Shown here: positions 19,598-29,625 of the stretch, in pieces | How the letters are laid out: each line of letters opens with the position of its first letter | Position numbering within the stretch: position 1 is the first letter of the stretch | DNA from: Bacteroidota bacterium | GTDB taxonomy: Bacteria > Bacteroidota > Bacteroidia > Chitinophagales > Chitinophagaceae | Assembly: GCA_040004415.1 (NCBI GenBank) | Contig: JBDUAY010000001.1 | Location: forward strand, 1-60,734 | DNA: 60,734 nucleotides | Direction: 5' to 3' | Notes under the pieces: generated by a model | What the model saw: only the letters and a program-made list of their open reading frames with translations | Told to the model about the DNA's origin: nothing | The model's database searches: none | Position numbers and translations under genes: made by a program

Positions 19598-21187
19598 TTA
19601 AAATTTAATACCGGCGGTAATGGCAATACTTTCTCCTGTTCCTTTTATGGTAGCGAATGTATTGGCCTTGTCTGATAAACGATAAGGGAAATTAATATCG
19701 TTTATCAAACTGTGTATATAAGTGATATCCACAAAAAATCCCTGGTTGCGATACCCAATGCCTCCGCTCAAAAACATTTTATTGCCTTTCAGGTCGCTGT
19801 CTTTGTAAGGATTCGTATAATATGACCAGCCAAGTCTTGCCATAATGGTATTGAACTTTACTTCTCCGCCCACCCTGAAATTGACTGCATTTTTATAGTA
19901 GGCTTTAATGCCCTGGTTTACGCTTTTGTAATAACTGCCATCATCATTTTCATCCGCCGTTTTATAAGAGTTGCTCCTATAGGTAAGATATTCCACGTCA
20001 GCACTAATAAAACCTCTTTGTTGTTTTACATCTTCCACTTCATGAATTACATAGGCGCCACTTACAATAAATTTCCAGGGACTGGTGAGATCATATTTGT
20101 ATTCAGGAGAAGAACTGAATGTTTGATCAGAACTGGCTGTAATGGTGCTGTTGCCAGTATGAACATAATTTTCCGTGTTGGTGGTCATACTGGCATAATA
20201 AGTATCTTTCAAACCATACAGCGTAGGGGAATGAATGGCAAGCCCAACGCGCAATTGGTCAACGGGTTTATAAATGGCCCCCACTTTTAAATTTACGCCG
20301 ATGCCTTGCGTTGTGGATCTTTCTGTAAGCGTAGAATGCTCAAAATTATTATTGGCATTACCGGTAGCATCGGTTTCTGTAAACACACTGTTTTTTGTAT
20401 AACTGACGATCGGTATTCCCAGGCTTCCGCCTAAATAAAATTTATCTGAATGAGTGGCCGCAAAGCCAACTGCTATCTCTGTAATGCCGCCACTTGTTTC
20501 AATATTATTTTGTTGGTTTACCAGGAAAGCGGATCCATTTTTAAGGTTGTTCCACATGGCCATACTTACAATCTGTGGATTTTGTGAGGCAGGTAATCCC
20601 GGTACAGTGAGTGTATCAATAAGATAACTGTATATAGCCAGTTTTGTACCCAGCGATACAACCTGCTGGCCGTTTACACCGTTAAGCATGTCGTCGAATG
20701 TATAGCCATGTGAAGCTGCCGCTGCTGCATCTTCCGCATATTGTTCTCCGTAAGAACTAAAATTATTTTTGCCGGTATAACTGATACGGTTATTGAAATT
20801 AGCAATAGTTGAAACAGCGAAACTGAATGCGCTGCCGTTCCAGCGGCTGTTTGGGTTATTAAAGCCAAATACAGCACCGCTTGTGCCCAAATTAAAAAAG
20901 CTTTTGTTGTCTGATTTTGAATCACCTCTGAATGTATTGTTATTTTTCAACGAGGAAAATCCGGGAGAAATAACAAAATCGCTTGTCTTGAAAAATGCCA
21001 GTCCGGCCGGGTTTACATAATTAGCGGTAACATCAGCACCCAGCGCACCAATGGCACCGCCAATTGCCTGCGTGCGTGCGGTACCGTTAGGTCCGAACCA
21101 GCTGTATTTTAATGCATCTTCAGGTATTTGTGCAAAACTGCTTAGGCTATAGAGGGAAAGCGATACAAAAAATAGAATATTTTTCAT
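19598..21187 (-). CDS. FadL/OMPP1-like outer-membrane beta-barrel protein
   Basis: It has a signal peptide and an N-terminal hatch-like segment (GGAIGALGAD...NPAGLAF). The long beta-strand pattern ends in an aromatic residue. Confidence 0.6.
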   Translation of the reverse strand: MKNILFFVSLSLYSLSSFAQIPEDALKYSWFGPNGTARTQAIGGAIGALGADVTANYVNPAGLAFFKTSDFVISPGFSSLKNNNTFRGDSKSDNKSFFNLGTSGAVFGFNNPNSRWNGSAFSFAVSTIANFNNRISYTGKNNFSSYGEQYAEDAAAAASHGYTFDDMLNGVNGQQVVSLGTKLAIYSYLIDTLTVPGLPASQNPQIVSMAMWNNLKNGSAFLVNQQNNIETSGGITEIAVGFAATHSDKFYLGGSLGIPIVSYTKNSVFTETDATGNANNNFEHSTLTERSTTQGIGVNLKVGAIYKPVDQLRVGLAIHSPTLYGLKDTYYASMTTNTENYVHTGNSTITASSDQTFSSSPEYKYDLTSPWKFIVSGAYVIHEVEDVKQQRGFISADVEYLTYRSNSYKTADENDDGSYYKSVNQGIKAYYKNAVNFRVGGEVKFNTIMARLGWSYYTNPYKDSDLKGNKMFLSGGIGYRNQGFFVDITYIHSLINDINFPYRLSDKANTFATIKGTGESIAITAGIKF

Positions 21188-21214
21188 ACAGGAGTAGTAT
21201 TAAAGTGTACACAG

Positions 21215-21268
21215 GGCAATAAAAAAGAGGAACCTTTAAGTGCATTACTCAAATAAAGCTTCCTCTTT
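21215..21268 (-). terminator. Terminator-like long hairpin after the N/Y/G-rich lipoprotein gene
   Basis: AAAGAGGAA (21224-21232) pairs with TTCCTCTTT (21260-21268), and 5 further inner bp form after one mismatch. On the minus strand the hairpin is followed by TTTTTTATT. Confidence 0.55.
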
Positions 21269-21312
21269 CTCGCTATGTTATGCTGAATGATATAGTCTTT
21301 TAAATTACTTAA

Positions 21313-22149
21313 TTAATTACCACGTCCTGGTCTGCTTACAGCACCACCACCGCCTCCGCCACCAGAGGAAGATCCACCGCCTCCGCCAGAAGAAGCAGCG
21401 GGTGTATAACTGCGTGAAGGTGTATACGAATTATTGTTTGAATTTGTATTGGCAGGCGTGTAAGTGCTGCGCCCGTTATTATTACTATTATTATAATAAG
21501 TATTGTTGGTGCGATTATTTCCGTTTGTATTATTATAACGCTGATTAGAATTATTATAATTTCCGGATGAATAATTTCTGCTAACGGGTCTGTTAGCATT
21601 GTTTGTATAACTGTTTACATTAAATACAACTGGTCTGCTGGGCATTGTATAACTAACAGTTTTTATCCCGCCTCCGCTACCATAATATCCACCGCCTGCA
21701 TAATAACCGCCACCCAGGCCATATCCGTATCCTAAAGATGGTCCATAATAGGGATTGTAAAAGCTATTCCATGCAAAATAATTATTCCATGGACTGCCGA
21801 AACCATAATTGAAGCCATCATAAAAACTGTTATAGCGCCAGTCGAAAGCACCATAACTGTTGTAAGCACTCATATAATATGGGTTGCCCACGCTCATTCT
21901 CAGGAAACGATCATCACGGTAACTATCCTGGTACTGGTCATAAGACTGATAATTACTGTTTGTGCCTGCTTTCTGCTGATTTACATTCACATAACTGTCG
22001 TCATTATTATTGTTATTATTCACCCTGGCCTGCTGGCGGGCAGGAGCCGGAGAATAATATACATCATCCGGTGTCTGGCCGCTTCTGTATACCGAACAGC
22101 TGCTTAGCGCCACCACACTTATTGCAAGGAGTAAAATTCTGGTATTCAT
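21313..22149 (-). CDS. Low-complexity N/Y/G/S-rich lipoprotein
   Basis: The start was trimmed to MNTRILLLAISVVALSSC (lipobox). The rest is dominated by N, Y, G and S, with a poly-G/S C-terminus. Confidence 0.6.
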   Translation of the reverse strand: MNTRILLLAISVVALSSCSVYRSGQTPDDVYYSPAPARQQARVNNNNNNDDSYVNVNQQKAGTNSNYQSYDQYQDSYRDDRFLRMSVGNPYYMSAYNSYGAFDWRYNSFYDGFNYGFGSPWNNYFAWNSFYNPYYGPSLGYGYGLGGGYYAGGGYYGSGGGIKTVSYTMPSRPVVFNVNSYTNNANRPVSRNYSSGNYNNSNQRYNNTNGNNRTNNTYYNNSNNNGRSTYTPANTNSNNNSYTPSRSYTPAASSGGGGGSSSGGGGGGGAVSRPGRGN

Positions 22150-22337
22150 ACTTTGATGTTTTAAAATTACTTTTGCGAACCGTTGGTTAAAATTACAACA
22201 AATAACAAGTAAAAGGCAATAAAAGCTATTTAAATGTTGCACGAAATATGTTAAAATGCTAACAGGTATTAGTTTGGATTAAGCCAGCATTAAAACATGT
22301 CATTTTTATCTATTTATAACCAGTTTAAGGAACATAT

Positions 22338-23813
22338 ATGGCCAAAGAAATAACAAGCCGGGAAAAAGATTATTCGCAGTGGTACAACGATCTCATACTG
22401 AAGGGCCAGTTGGCCGATTATACTGCGGTTCGTGGTTGTATGGTAATTAAGCCACATGGGTTCGCGCTGTGGGAAAACATGCGTGATCAGCTCGATAAAA
22501 TGTTTAAGGAAACTGGGCATGTAAACGCCTACTTCCCATTGTTTATACCAAAAAGTTTTTTGAGTAAAGAGGCTGCGCACGTAGAAGGCTTTGCCAAAGA
22601 ATGCGCGGTGGTAACGCATTACCGGTTAAAAAACGATCCCAATGGAAGTGGTGTAATCGTTGATCCAGAGGCAAAACTGGAGGAAGAACTTATTGTAAGG
22701 CCGACATCAGAAACCATTATATGGAGCTCTTATAAGGATTGGATTCAATCTTACCGCGACCTGCCGCTGCTGATAAACCAGTGGGCCAATGTTGTGCGTT
22801 GGGAAATGCGGACCCGCCTGTTTTTACGTACTGCAGAATTTTTGTGGCAGGAAGGCCATACCGCACATGCCACCGCGCAGGAAGCAATTACCGAGACCCG
22901 GCAAATGCTCGACATCTATGCAACATTTGCAGAAGAATGGATGGCCATGCCGGTAATTAAAGGTGTAAAAACAGCCAGCGAACGTTTTGCCGGCGCAGTA
23001 GATACCTATTGCATAGAAGCGCTGATGCAGGATGGTAAAGCGTTACAGGCAGGTACGTCTCATTTTCTCGGGCAAAACTTTGCCAAAGCTTTTGATGTAA
23101 AGTTTTCTGATAAAGAGAATAAACTTGATTATGTATGGGCGACCAGCTGGGGCGTTAGTACGCGTTTGGTGGGTGCGCTTGTAATGGCACACAGCGATGA
23201 CGACGGGTTAATATTGCCGCCTAAAATTGCACCGCTCCAGGTAGTGATAGTGCCCATTTTTAAAGGCCCTGAGCAAAAGGCGCAGATTGATGCTAAAGTA
23301 AATGAACTGGTGGCACAATTAAAGAAAGCGGGTGTACGCGTTAAATATGATGATAACGATAATAACCGCCCGGGCTGGAAATTTGCCGAGTATGAAATGA
23401 AGGGTGTTCCGGTTAGAATTGCAGTGGGTGCAAGAGATCTTGAAAACAATGTGGCAGAAGTTGCCCGGCGCGATACAAAAGAAAAGACAAGTATTAGCCT
23501 GGATGGATTGGCTGATGCAATCATACAATTGTTGAATGATATACAGCAGGCTATGTTTGATAAAGCAAAAAACTACCGTGATGCGCATATTATAAAGGTT
23601 GATACCTGGGAGGATTTTGAAAAAGCGCTTGATGGTGAAGGTGGATTTATCTCGGCACACTGGGATGGCTCCGCTGAAACGGAAGAAGCCATCAAACAAA
23701 AAACAAAAGCAACCATTCGTTGCATACCATTAAATAATCTGCAGGAAGAAGGCACTTGTATTTTAACAGGAAAACCCAGTAAAGAAAGAGTGTTATTTGC
23801 CAGGGCCTATTAA
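22338..23813 (+). CDS. proS: Proline--tRNA ligase (archaeal/eukaryote-like short type)
   Basis: It begins [22 protein letters not shown] and has class II motifs. The ~490 aa length has no INS editing domain. Confidence 0.92.
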   Translation: MAKEITSREKDYSQWYNDLILKGQLADYTAVRGCMVIKPHGFALWENMRDQLDKMFKETGHVNAYFPLFIPKSFLSKEAAHVEGFAKECAVVTHYRLKNDPNGSGVIVDPEAKLEEELIVRPTSETIIWSSYKDWIQSYRDLPLLINQWANVVRWEMRTRLFLRTAEFLWQEGHTAHATAQEAITETRQMLDIYATFAEEWMAMPVIKGVKTASERFAGAVDTYCIEALMQDGKALQAGTSHFLGQNFAKAFDVKFSDKENKLDYVWATSWGVSTRLVGALVMAHSDDDGLILPPKIAPLQVVIVPIFKGPEQKAQIDAKVNELVAQLKKAGVRVKYDDNDNNRPGWKFAEYEMKGVPVRIAVGARDLENNVAEVARRDTKEKTSISLDGLADAIIQLLNDIQQAMFDKAKNYRDAHIIKVDTWEDFEKALDGEGGFISAHWDGSAETEEAIKQKTKATIRCIPLNNLQEEGTCILTGKPSKERVLFARAY

Positions 23814-23895
23814 TAACACAGCCTGCGATACAAAATAACCAGTGTTTTCTGCAGAGCATGATTACTGTTTTGTGCTACGATGAATTTTATATAAA

Positions 23896-24240
23896 ATGAA
23901 AGTATTTTTTGTAACGATATCATTTTATCAGCAGGCGGTGCAATTCATGGAAAAACATATGGCGGCCTGCCCATCAAAAAAATATTTGGGTATGGAATGC
24001 CCGGGCTGCGGGCTGCAAAGAAGTTTGATAGCATTGCTCAAAGGCGAACCGGTCACCAGTTTTAAAATGTACGCAGCTACGATACCAATCATATTAATGC
24101 TGTTATTTTTATTGTTGCATATCAAAAATAAGTATGCAAAGGGCGCGGCAATCCTACAGGGATTTTACTTATTTTGTGCCGCGGTTATTGTAGCACAGTA
24201 CGTTTACAAAATAGCCGGCCATCAAATCACTATTCACTAA
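23896..24240 (+). CDS. DUF2752 family membrane protein
   Basis: It has the CPSKKYLGMECPGCGLQRS motif. An alternative start, MEKHM, lies at 23947. Confidence 0.65.
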   Translation: MKVFFVTISFYQQAVQFMEKHMAACPSKKYLGMECPGCGLQRSLIALLKGEPVTSFKMYAATIPIILMLLFLLLHIKNKYAKGAAILQGFYLFCAAVIVAQYVYKIAGHQITIH

Positions 24241-24252
24241 TCGTAAAAAAAC

Positions 24253-24585
24253 ATGGAAGAGAAGAGCATCTTTGATCAAAACCGGCCGCAATATATGCAG
24301 CAGCCATTACAAAATAGTACTGCGGTACTGGTGCTTGGAATCTTGTCAATTGTAATTTGCTTTGTTGGCTTCATATTGGGAATTATAGCGCTGGTGCTCG
24401 CAAATAAGGATCTGCGGTTGTATAATACCAGTCCGGAAGTGTACACTATCGCCTCTTATAATAATTTAAAGGCCGGAAAAATTTGCGCAATTATCGGAAT
24501 TATTTTCTGGGCGCTTATTATTTTATTTTATATTATCGTGGTTGCTTTTGCTTTGTCGTTTGGTTTTGGCAATAGCTTTCGTTAA
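24253..24585 (+). CDS. Small DUF4190-like two-TM membrane protein
   Basis: It has two hydrophobic helices, and GILSIVICFVGFILGIIALVLANK is typical of the family. Confidence 0.5.
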   Translation: MEEKSIFDQNRPQYMQQPLQNSTAVLVLGILSIVICFVGFILGIIALVLANKDLRLYNTSPEVYTIASYNNLKAGKICAIIGIIFWALIILFYIIVVAFALSFGFGNSFR

Positions 24586-24600
24586 ATATTGAATCGCATA

Positions 24601-25395
24601 TTAATCTTTTGTCGCCAGGTAATTATAATCCTGCAGCAATCGTTCTAAAAAAACAACTGCTTCAATATCTGCTTCTATATGCAGCGCAGTTTTTACGCGA
24701 TTAGCGGTGCGCATCGCTAAATCATGACCGCTTTTAGTATGACTGTTGGTAATAACAGATTTGATGGTATTGATATCGCGGTCGCTTAATTTCATTACAT
24801 CCGGAAACATTATTTCATAATTCTTTTGATCTACTTCCTGGAAGATGGTATCGTTGATGGAAGTATTGATACGGGTTTTAACCAATACGGTATTGGCGGC
24901 CAGGTCTCCCAGGCGCTGATGCTTCTGCGTAACGGCAACAATAATTATAACAACAATGCCGGGTAAAACCATTCCAAATAACTGGTAAAGAATAAGAAAT
25001 CCGGGAAAGACAACACCAAAAACGAGGGGCCATTCAAAGAAGCGAAAAATCCAACGGATGATATATTGGCTTAGCTCCGGCTCGCCGCCAGATAAATTCA
25101 TAACCCTTATATCAAGTACTTTTTTACCAATTGTTTGCCCGTGCAGTGCTACTTCACAAAGCAACGGATAGAACAATATTGGCAGTGAAATAATGATGAT
25201 GCTCCAGCCTGCATTGCTTCTGTAACCGCCAGCTACTTCCTGCGCATTTTCAGAATACACAAAATTGCCCATTATCCAGGCATATAAAACCATTATGAAA
25301 AGGTCTATGCAATAAGCCAGAACACGCTTGTGAAATTCGGCCACCTCAAATTCAAGATTAAGATTAAAGGGGGTTGTTATTTGTACGGCAGGCAT
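24601..25395 (-). CDS. RDD family membrane protein with a C-terminal soluble extension
   Basis: It shows the RVLAYCIDLFI ... RLGDLAANT pattern with three TM segments. It diverges from the SpoIIM-like gene. Confidence 0.7.
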   Translation of the reverse strand: MPAVQITTPFNLNLEFEVAEFHKRVLAYCIDLFIMVLYAWIMGNFVYSENAQEVAGGYRSNAGWSIIIISLPILFYPLLCEVALHGQTIGKKVLDIRVMNLSGGEPELSQYIIRWIFRFFEWPLVFGVVFPGFLILYQLFGMVLPGIVVIIIVAVTQKHQRLGDLAANTVLVKTRINTSINDTIFQEVDQKNYEIMFPDVMKLSDRDINTIKSVITNSHTKSGHDLAMRTANRVKTALHIEADIEAVVFLERLLQDYNYLATKD

Positions 25396-25564
25396 AGGTG
25401 GCAGATTTTACAGGTTGAAGCAATTAATTGATTTTCCGCAAGCCAGTTCATACAGTGATTAATAATATATATAGGGTGCAGCACAATATTAATGATATAT
25501 TTTAATTATAGTATAGCGGTTTGTGAATTAGTATTATATTGAACCATAATTTTTACAAATTATT

Positions 25565-26587
25565 ATGCGGGAAGCCCTTTTTATAAAGCGAAATGCCAAA
25601 AAATGGCAGGAATACCAGCATTTCGAAACAGACGACCCTGATGAGAAAGCAGATCGGTTTATTACACTTGTAGACGACCTGGCTTATGCCAAGACTTTCT
25701 ACCCGCATGGTAAAGTAACCCGCTGGATTAACAGCCTTGCCGTTAGCACCTACCAATCTGTTTACCAGAACAGGAAGCAAAGCCTTTCTATTATTTTTAA
25801 GTTTTGGAAAAAGGATCTGCCATTATTGTTTCGCAAATACCACCGGGTTTTTTTATTTACATTTATTTTCTTTGCTGTTTTTTGCGCTATTGCCGTGTAT
25901 TCTTCCTGGAAAGATAACAGCTTTGTGCGTGGCGTACTGGGCGATCAGTATGTAAATATGACCGAAGACAATATTGCCAGCGGCGATCCTTTTGGCGTGT
26001 ACAAAGACGAAAGTTCTTTCGGCATGTTTGTTACCATTGCATTCAATAATATCAAGGTAGATTTTCTGATGTTTATTTTTGGGATTTTTTTTGGAATTGG
26101 AACCCTTTGGCTATTATTTCAAAACAGCATGATGCTGGGCTGCTTTCAGTACATGTTTTTTGCAAAAGGCCTCGGATGGCAATCTGTACTGGTAATATGG
26201 ATACATGGAACCCTTGAGATATCGGCCATGATAATAGCCAGTACCGCAGGTTTTATATTGGCAAACAGTATTCTCTTTCCCGGTGGACGCAGGCGCTTCG
26301 ACTCATTTACAAAAGCAGCCAAAGATGCCGTTAAAATAATCGTTTGTCTTGTGCCGGTAACACTTACAGCAGCTTTCCTGGAAGGATTTATAACACATTT
26401 AATGTCCCAGAGTTTCGACAAAGAAACCGGCAATTTCGGTCTGCCGGTATGGGCCAGTGTCTTAATACTTGCAAGCTCATTAACTTTTATTGTTTGGTAT
26501 TTTGTGATTTACCCGATTCAGCTGGAGAGAAAAATTAATAATAATAACATCACCCCAAAAAATAAATTATTTTTCCCGCTTACGTGA
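25565..26587 (+). CDS. SpoIIM-like (DUF95) polytopic membrane protein
   Basis: It has an N-terminal cytoplasmic helix region followed by about 6 TM segments. HGTLEISAMIIA is characteristic of SpoIIM/DUF95. Confidence 0.7.
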   Translation: MREALFIKRNAKKWQEYQHFETDDPDEKADRFITLVDDLAYAKTFYPHGKVTRWINSLAVSTYQSVYQNRKQSLSIIFKFWKKDLPLLFRKYHRVFLFTFIFFAVFCAIAVYSSWKDNSFVRGVLGDQYVNMTEDNIASGDPFGVYKDESSFGMFVTIAFNNIKVDFLMFIFGIFFGIGTLWLLFQNSMMLGCFQYMFFAKGLGWQSVLVIWIHGTLEISAMIIASTAGFILANSILFPGGRRRFDSFTKAAKDAVKIIVCLVPVTLTAAFLEGFITHLMSQSFDKETGNFGLPVWASVLILASSLTFIVWYFVIYPIQLERKINNNNITPKNKLFFPLT

Positions 26588-27420
26588 AGTTATTTTTATC
26601 ATATCGAGCCCTGCTGCTTACCCTGTTTATTCTTGCCGGAACAATTGCTGTTGCGCAGGACAGTGCTACTGATAAATTTTTAGACTCACTTAAAAAGCCG
26701 GCACCGCTACTACAAGATAAAGTTGCATTGCCCGCAGAAACAAAAGATTCCACTACTGATGATGAAGCAACAGATACAGCGGCGGAAGAAATGCCGGTTG
26801 ACACCAATATTGTTAGCCGTCTCAGGCCAATAAGTGCTGATTCATTTGAATTAATAAAAAAGGATAAAGGATTTTATTACCAGAAATGGCTGGATAGCCT
26901 TTTGAGAGCCGAAACAAAAGTTACCAAAAAGCCACGGGCGCCTGTTTTACCTGATCTGAGTGGCTTCTTTACTGTTTTTCAGATAGTACTGTGGGTGTTG
27001 GCTACAGCAGTATTGTTGTTTGTTTTATATAAACTTTTTGTCGGTAAAAATTCTTTGTTTGTAAATAACAGGAAAAATATTGATGCAGCAATAAATATAG
27101 AAGAAGAACCATCGGCCAACCAATACGAAAGCCTGATTAAAAAGGCAGAGGCGGAAAAAAATTACCGGCTTGCGGTTCGTTACCTGTATTTACAATCATT
27201 ATATCATTTATCTGAAAAAAACTATATCATCCGCGGTACAGAAAAAACAAATTACCAGTATATAAATGAATTGAAAAAGAGACCAGCGGCATTTGCGCAT
27301 CTATTTTCTTCCCTTACATTTAAATACGAATATACCTGGTATGGTGAGTACCCGGTGAATGAAATTATGTATGAAGCATTGCGCGGTTCTTTTCGTGACC
27401 TGAATAATGAAATAGTGTAG
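26584..27420 (+). CDS. DUF4129 domain membrane protein
   Basis: The GTG start overlaps the upstream stop (GTGA). It has a signal peptide, a central TM segment and a C-terminal YRLAVRYLYLQ...TWYG DUF4129-like helix bundle. Confidence 0.6.
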   Translation: MKLFLSYRALLLTLFILAGTIAVAQDSATDKFLDSLKKPAPLLQDKVALPAETKDSTTDDEATDTAAEEMPVDTNIVSRLRPISADSFELIKKDKGFYYQKWLDSLLRAETKVTKKPRAPVLPDLSGFFTVFQIVLWVLATAVLLFVLYKLFVGKNSLFVNNRKNIDAAINIEEEPSANQYESLIKKAEAEKNYRLAVRYLYLQSLYHLSEKNYIIRGTEKTNYQYINELKKRPAAFAHLFSSLTFKYEYTWYGEYPVNEIMYEALRGSFRDLNNEIV

Positions 27421-27421
27421 C

Positions 27422-28630
27422 TTGAAAAAATTAATAGTATATATAAAAGCCACATGGTTACTCGCTGTTCTGCTGGCATGCGCTGCCTGCAATACCAATA
27501 ACGGCAAACGCAAAATGCCGAAGATGAATCCGCCCTATAGGTATCGCGATAAAGAGCCGATGGGTACAAATATTGCTTACCGGCTCCTGCCTTACCAGTT
27601 TAATGCTGACATTTTACTGGCATCCAAAAAAACGGAGAAGAATGTTAACTGGTTTAGTTATGTAAAAGGCACCGCTTATATAGTAATTGGAAAAAATATT
27701 GTGCTGGATAACGATGAGGTTGCTCAATTATTGAATTATGTTGAGCTGGGTAACGAGTTTTTTATTTCCGCCAGCAACATCGACTACAGGTTACTGGATA
27801 CGCTGGGTGTGAGACATAGCAGTGAATCTTATTTAACAGAGGACGATACAGACCGTAAAATAAATACGTCTCTGCAAGTAGCCGACACCGTTACTTATGG
27901 AAATAAACGGTATGGATTTTTTTATTATCCTTTCAGGGATATTTTTACCGGTTACGACAGCAGCACAACAACTGTATTGGGAATAAATCAAAGCAAGCAT
28001 GCCAATTATATTGTTGTGCGGCATGGCAAAGGGAAATTTTATTTCCATACAGAACCAGCGGCTTTTTCAAATTATTTTTTATTAACAGCCGATAATACCG
28101 AGTATTATAAACAGGTGTTTTCTTACCTGAACAAAAACGCGAATACTGTACTGTGGGGAGATCTGTACAAATTCGGGAAACCTGCCGATGATTTTTCTGC
28201 ATTGTCTATTTTCTGGAAAAACCCACCACTGAAATATGCCATGCTCGCAGCATGTGCATTGATGCTGTTGTACATCGCTTTCGGCAGTAAAAGAAAAAGA
28301 CGCCTGGTGCCTGCCATGCCGGCTAATAATAATGCCAGCCTTTCTTTTGTGCATACTATCGGTAACCTGTACCTGCAAAAGAAAGACAACCGGAATATTG
28401 CCATTAAAATGATGACCTATTTTTTTGAGCATGTCAGAAACAGCTATCATCTTAATACCAATAATATCAATACCGAATTTGTTCAGGCATTATCAAGAAA
28501 AAGCGGCATTGATGAGAAAAAAGTACAGTCGCTTATGGAAAAAGCAGACGATATTAATATGGCAGAAACAGTAAGTGACCAGGAGCTTTTTGACATTAAT
28601 AACCTGGTGTATGAATTTTATAAAAAATAA
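27422..28630 (+). CDS. DUF4350-like lipoprotein with a C-terminal TM segment
   Basis: The TTG start lies 1 nt after the upstream stop and yields the lipobox LLAC. A TM helix (AMLAACALMLLYIAF) lies near residue 280. Its position in the cluster matches DUF4350. Confidence 0.55.
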   Translation: MKKLIVYIKATWLLAVLLACAACNTNNGKRKMPKMNPPYRYRDKEPMGTNIAYRLLPYQFNADILLASKKTEKNVNWFSYVKGTAYIVIGKNIVLDNDEVAQLLNYVELGNEFFISASNIDYRLLDTLGVRHSSESYLTEDDTDRKINTSLQVADTVTYGNKRYGFFYYPFRDIFTGYDSSTTTVLGINQSKHANYIVVRHGKGKFYFHTEPAAFSNYFLLTADNTEYYKQVFSYLNKNANTVLWGDLYKFGKPADDFSALSIFWKNPPLKYAMLAACALMLLYIAFGSKRKRRLVPAMPANNNASLSFVHTIGNLYLQKKDNRNIAIKMMTYFFEHVRNSYHLNTNNINTEFVQALSRKSGIDEKKVQSLMEKADDINMAETVSDQELFDINNLVYEFYKK

Positions 28631-28642
28631 ATATAACCCATC

Positions 28643-29620
28643 ATGGATGAAGTAGTTTTTGAACAACGTACTGATTTGACGGAATTAAATCATGCGGTAG
28701 ATTCCATTCGTGAAACAGTGGGAAAAGTTATCAAGGGCCAGCACCGTATGGTGGATTTACTGATTGCCGGACTTTTATCTGACGGACATATTTTAATAGA
28801 AGGCGTGCCCGGTGTAGCGAAAACACTTACCGCAAAACTGATTGCTAAAATTATTGATGCACATTTTTCAAGGTTGCAGTTTACACCCGATCTCATGCCT
28901 TCCGATGTGTTGGGGACGTCTGTATTCAACCCCAAAGACATCCGTTTCGAGTTTAAGAAAGGCCCCATCTTCAGTAATATTATTTTAATAGATGAGATCA
29001 ACCGTTCTCCTGCCAAAACGCAGGCTGCCCTGTTTGAAGTAATGGAAGAAAGACAAGTTACGGTGGATGGGATTACGTACCCGATGGAGCCGCCGTTTAT
29101 GGTGCTGGCTACACAGAATCCCATCGACCAGGAAGGTACCTACCGCCTGCCGGAAGCGCAGCTGGATAGATTTATTTTTAAAATAGAAGTGGGGTACCCT
29201 TCGGTAGAAGATGAAATAAGTATTCTTACTGAACAGCATAATAAATCGCAACGGGATATACTGCAGGACATTCCCAAAATTCTAAATACACAGCAGATAG
29301 CGCAATACCGGGAAACTGTTTTGCAACTGGTAGTAGAACCGCGCTTGCTTGAATTTATTGCAAAAGTGGTAAACGAAACACGCAATAATCCTTCTTTGTA
29401 CCTCGGCGCTTCACCCCGTGCCTCGTTGGCAATTGTAAGGGCAGCAAAAGCATTTGCGGCTATGCGTGGCCGTGACTTTGTGACACCAGAGGATATTATT
29501 GAAGTGATACCACATGTGCTGCGGCACCGTATTATTCTTACGCCTGAAAAGGAAATGGAAGGAATAACACCGGATGACCTCATTGAGAAAATTATTAAAT
29601 CTGTTGAAATACCCCGGTAA
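28643..29620 (+). CDS. MoxR-family AAA+ ATPase
   Basis: It has Walker A (GVPGVAKT), Walker B (ILIDEINR) and ATQNPIDQEGTYRLPEAQLDRF. Confidence 0.92.
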   Translation: MDEVVFEQRTDLTELNHAVDSIRETVGKVIKGQHRMVDLLIAGLLSDGHILIEGVPGVAKTLTAKLIAKIIDAHFSRLQFTPDLMPSDVLGTSVFNPKDIRFEFKKGPIFSNIILIDEINRSPAKTQAALFEVMEERQVTVDGITYPMEPPFMVLATQNPIDQEGTYRLPEAQLDRFIFKIEVGYPSVEDEISILTEQHNKSQRDILQDIPKILNTQQIAQYRETVLQLVVEPRLLEFIAKVVNETRNNPSLYLGASPRASLAIVRAAKAFAAMRGRDFVTPEDIIEVIPHVLRHRIILTPEKEMEGITPDDLIEKIIKSVEIPR

Positions 29621-29625
29621 CCTGT

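Noticed and set aside
25396-25564. AT-rich near-palindromes (ATTAATAATAT / ATATTAAT) lie in the RDD / SpoIIM-like divergent promoter region.
   Set aside because: The palindromes are imperfect and the sequence is very AT-rich. I cannot distinguish them from chance without comparative data.
28690-29583. Several 80-150-aa minus-strand ORFs lie inside the MoxR gene. Similar antisense ORFs lie inside sucC, proS, hisC and the SPS gene.
   Set aside because: All are antisense to genes with unambiguous motif support. None has a signal, motifs or independent intergenic context.
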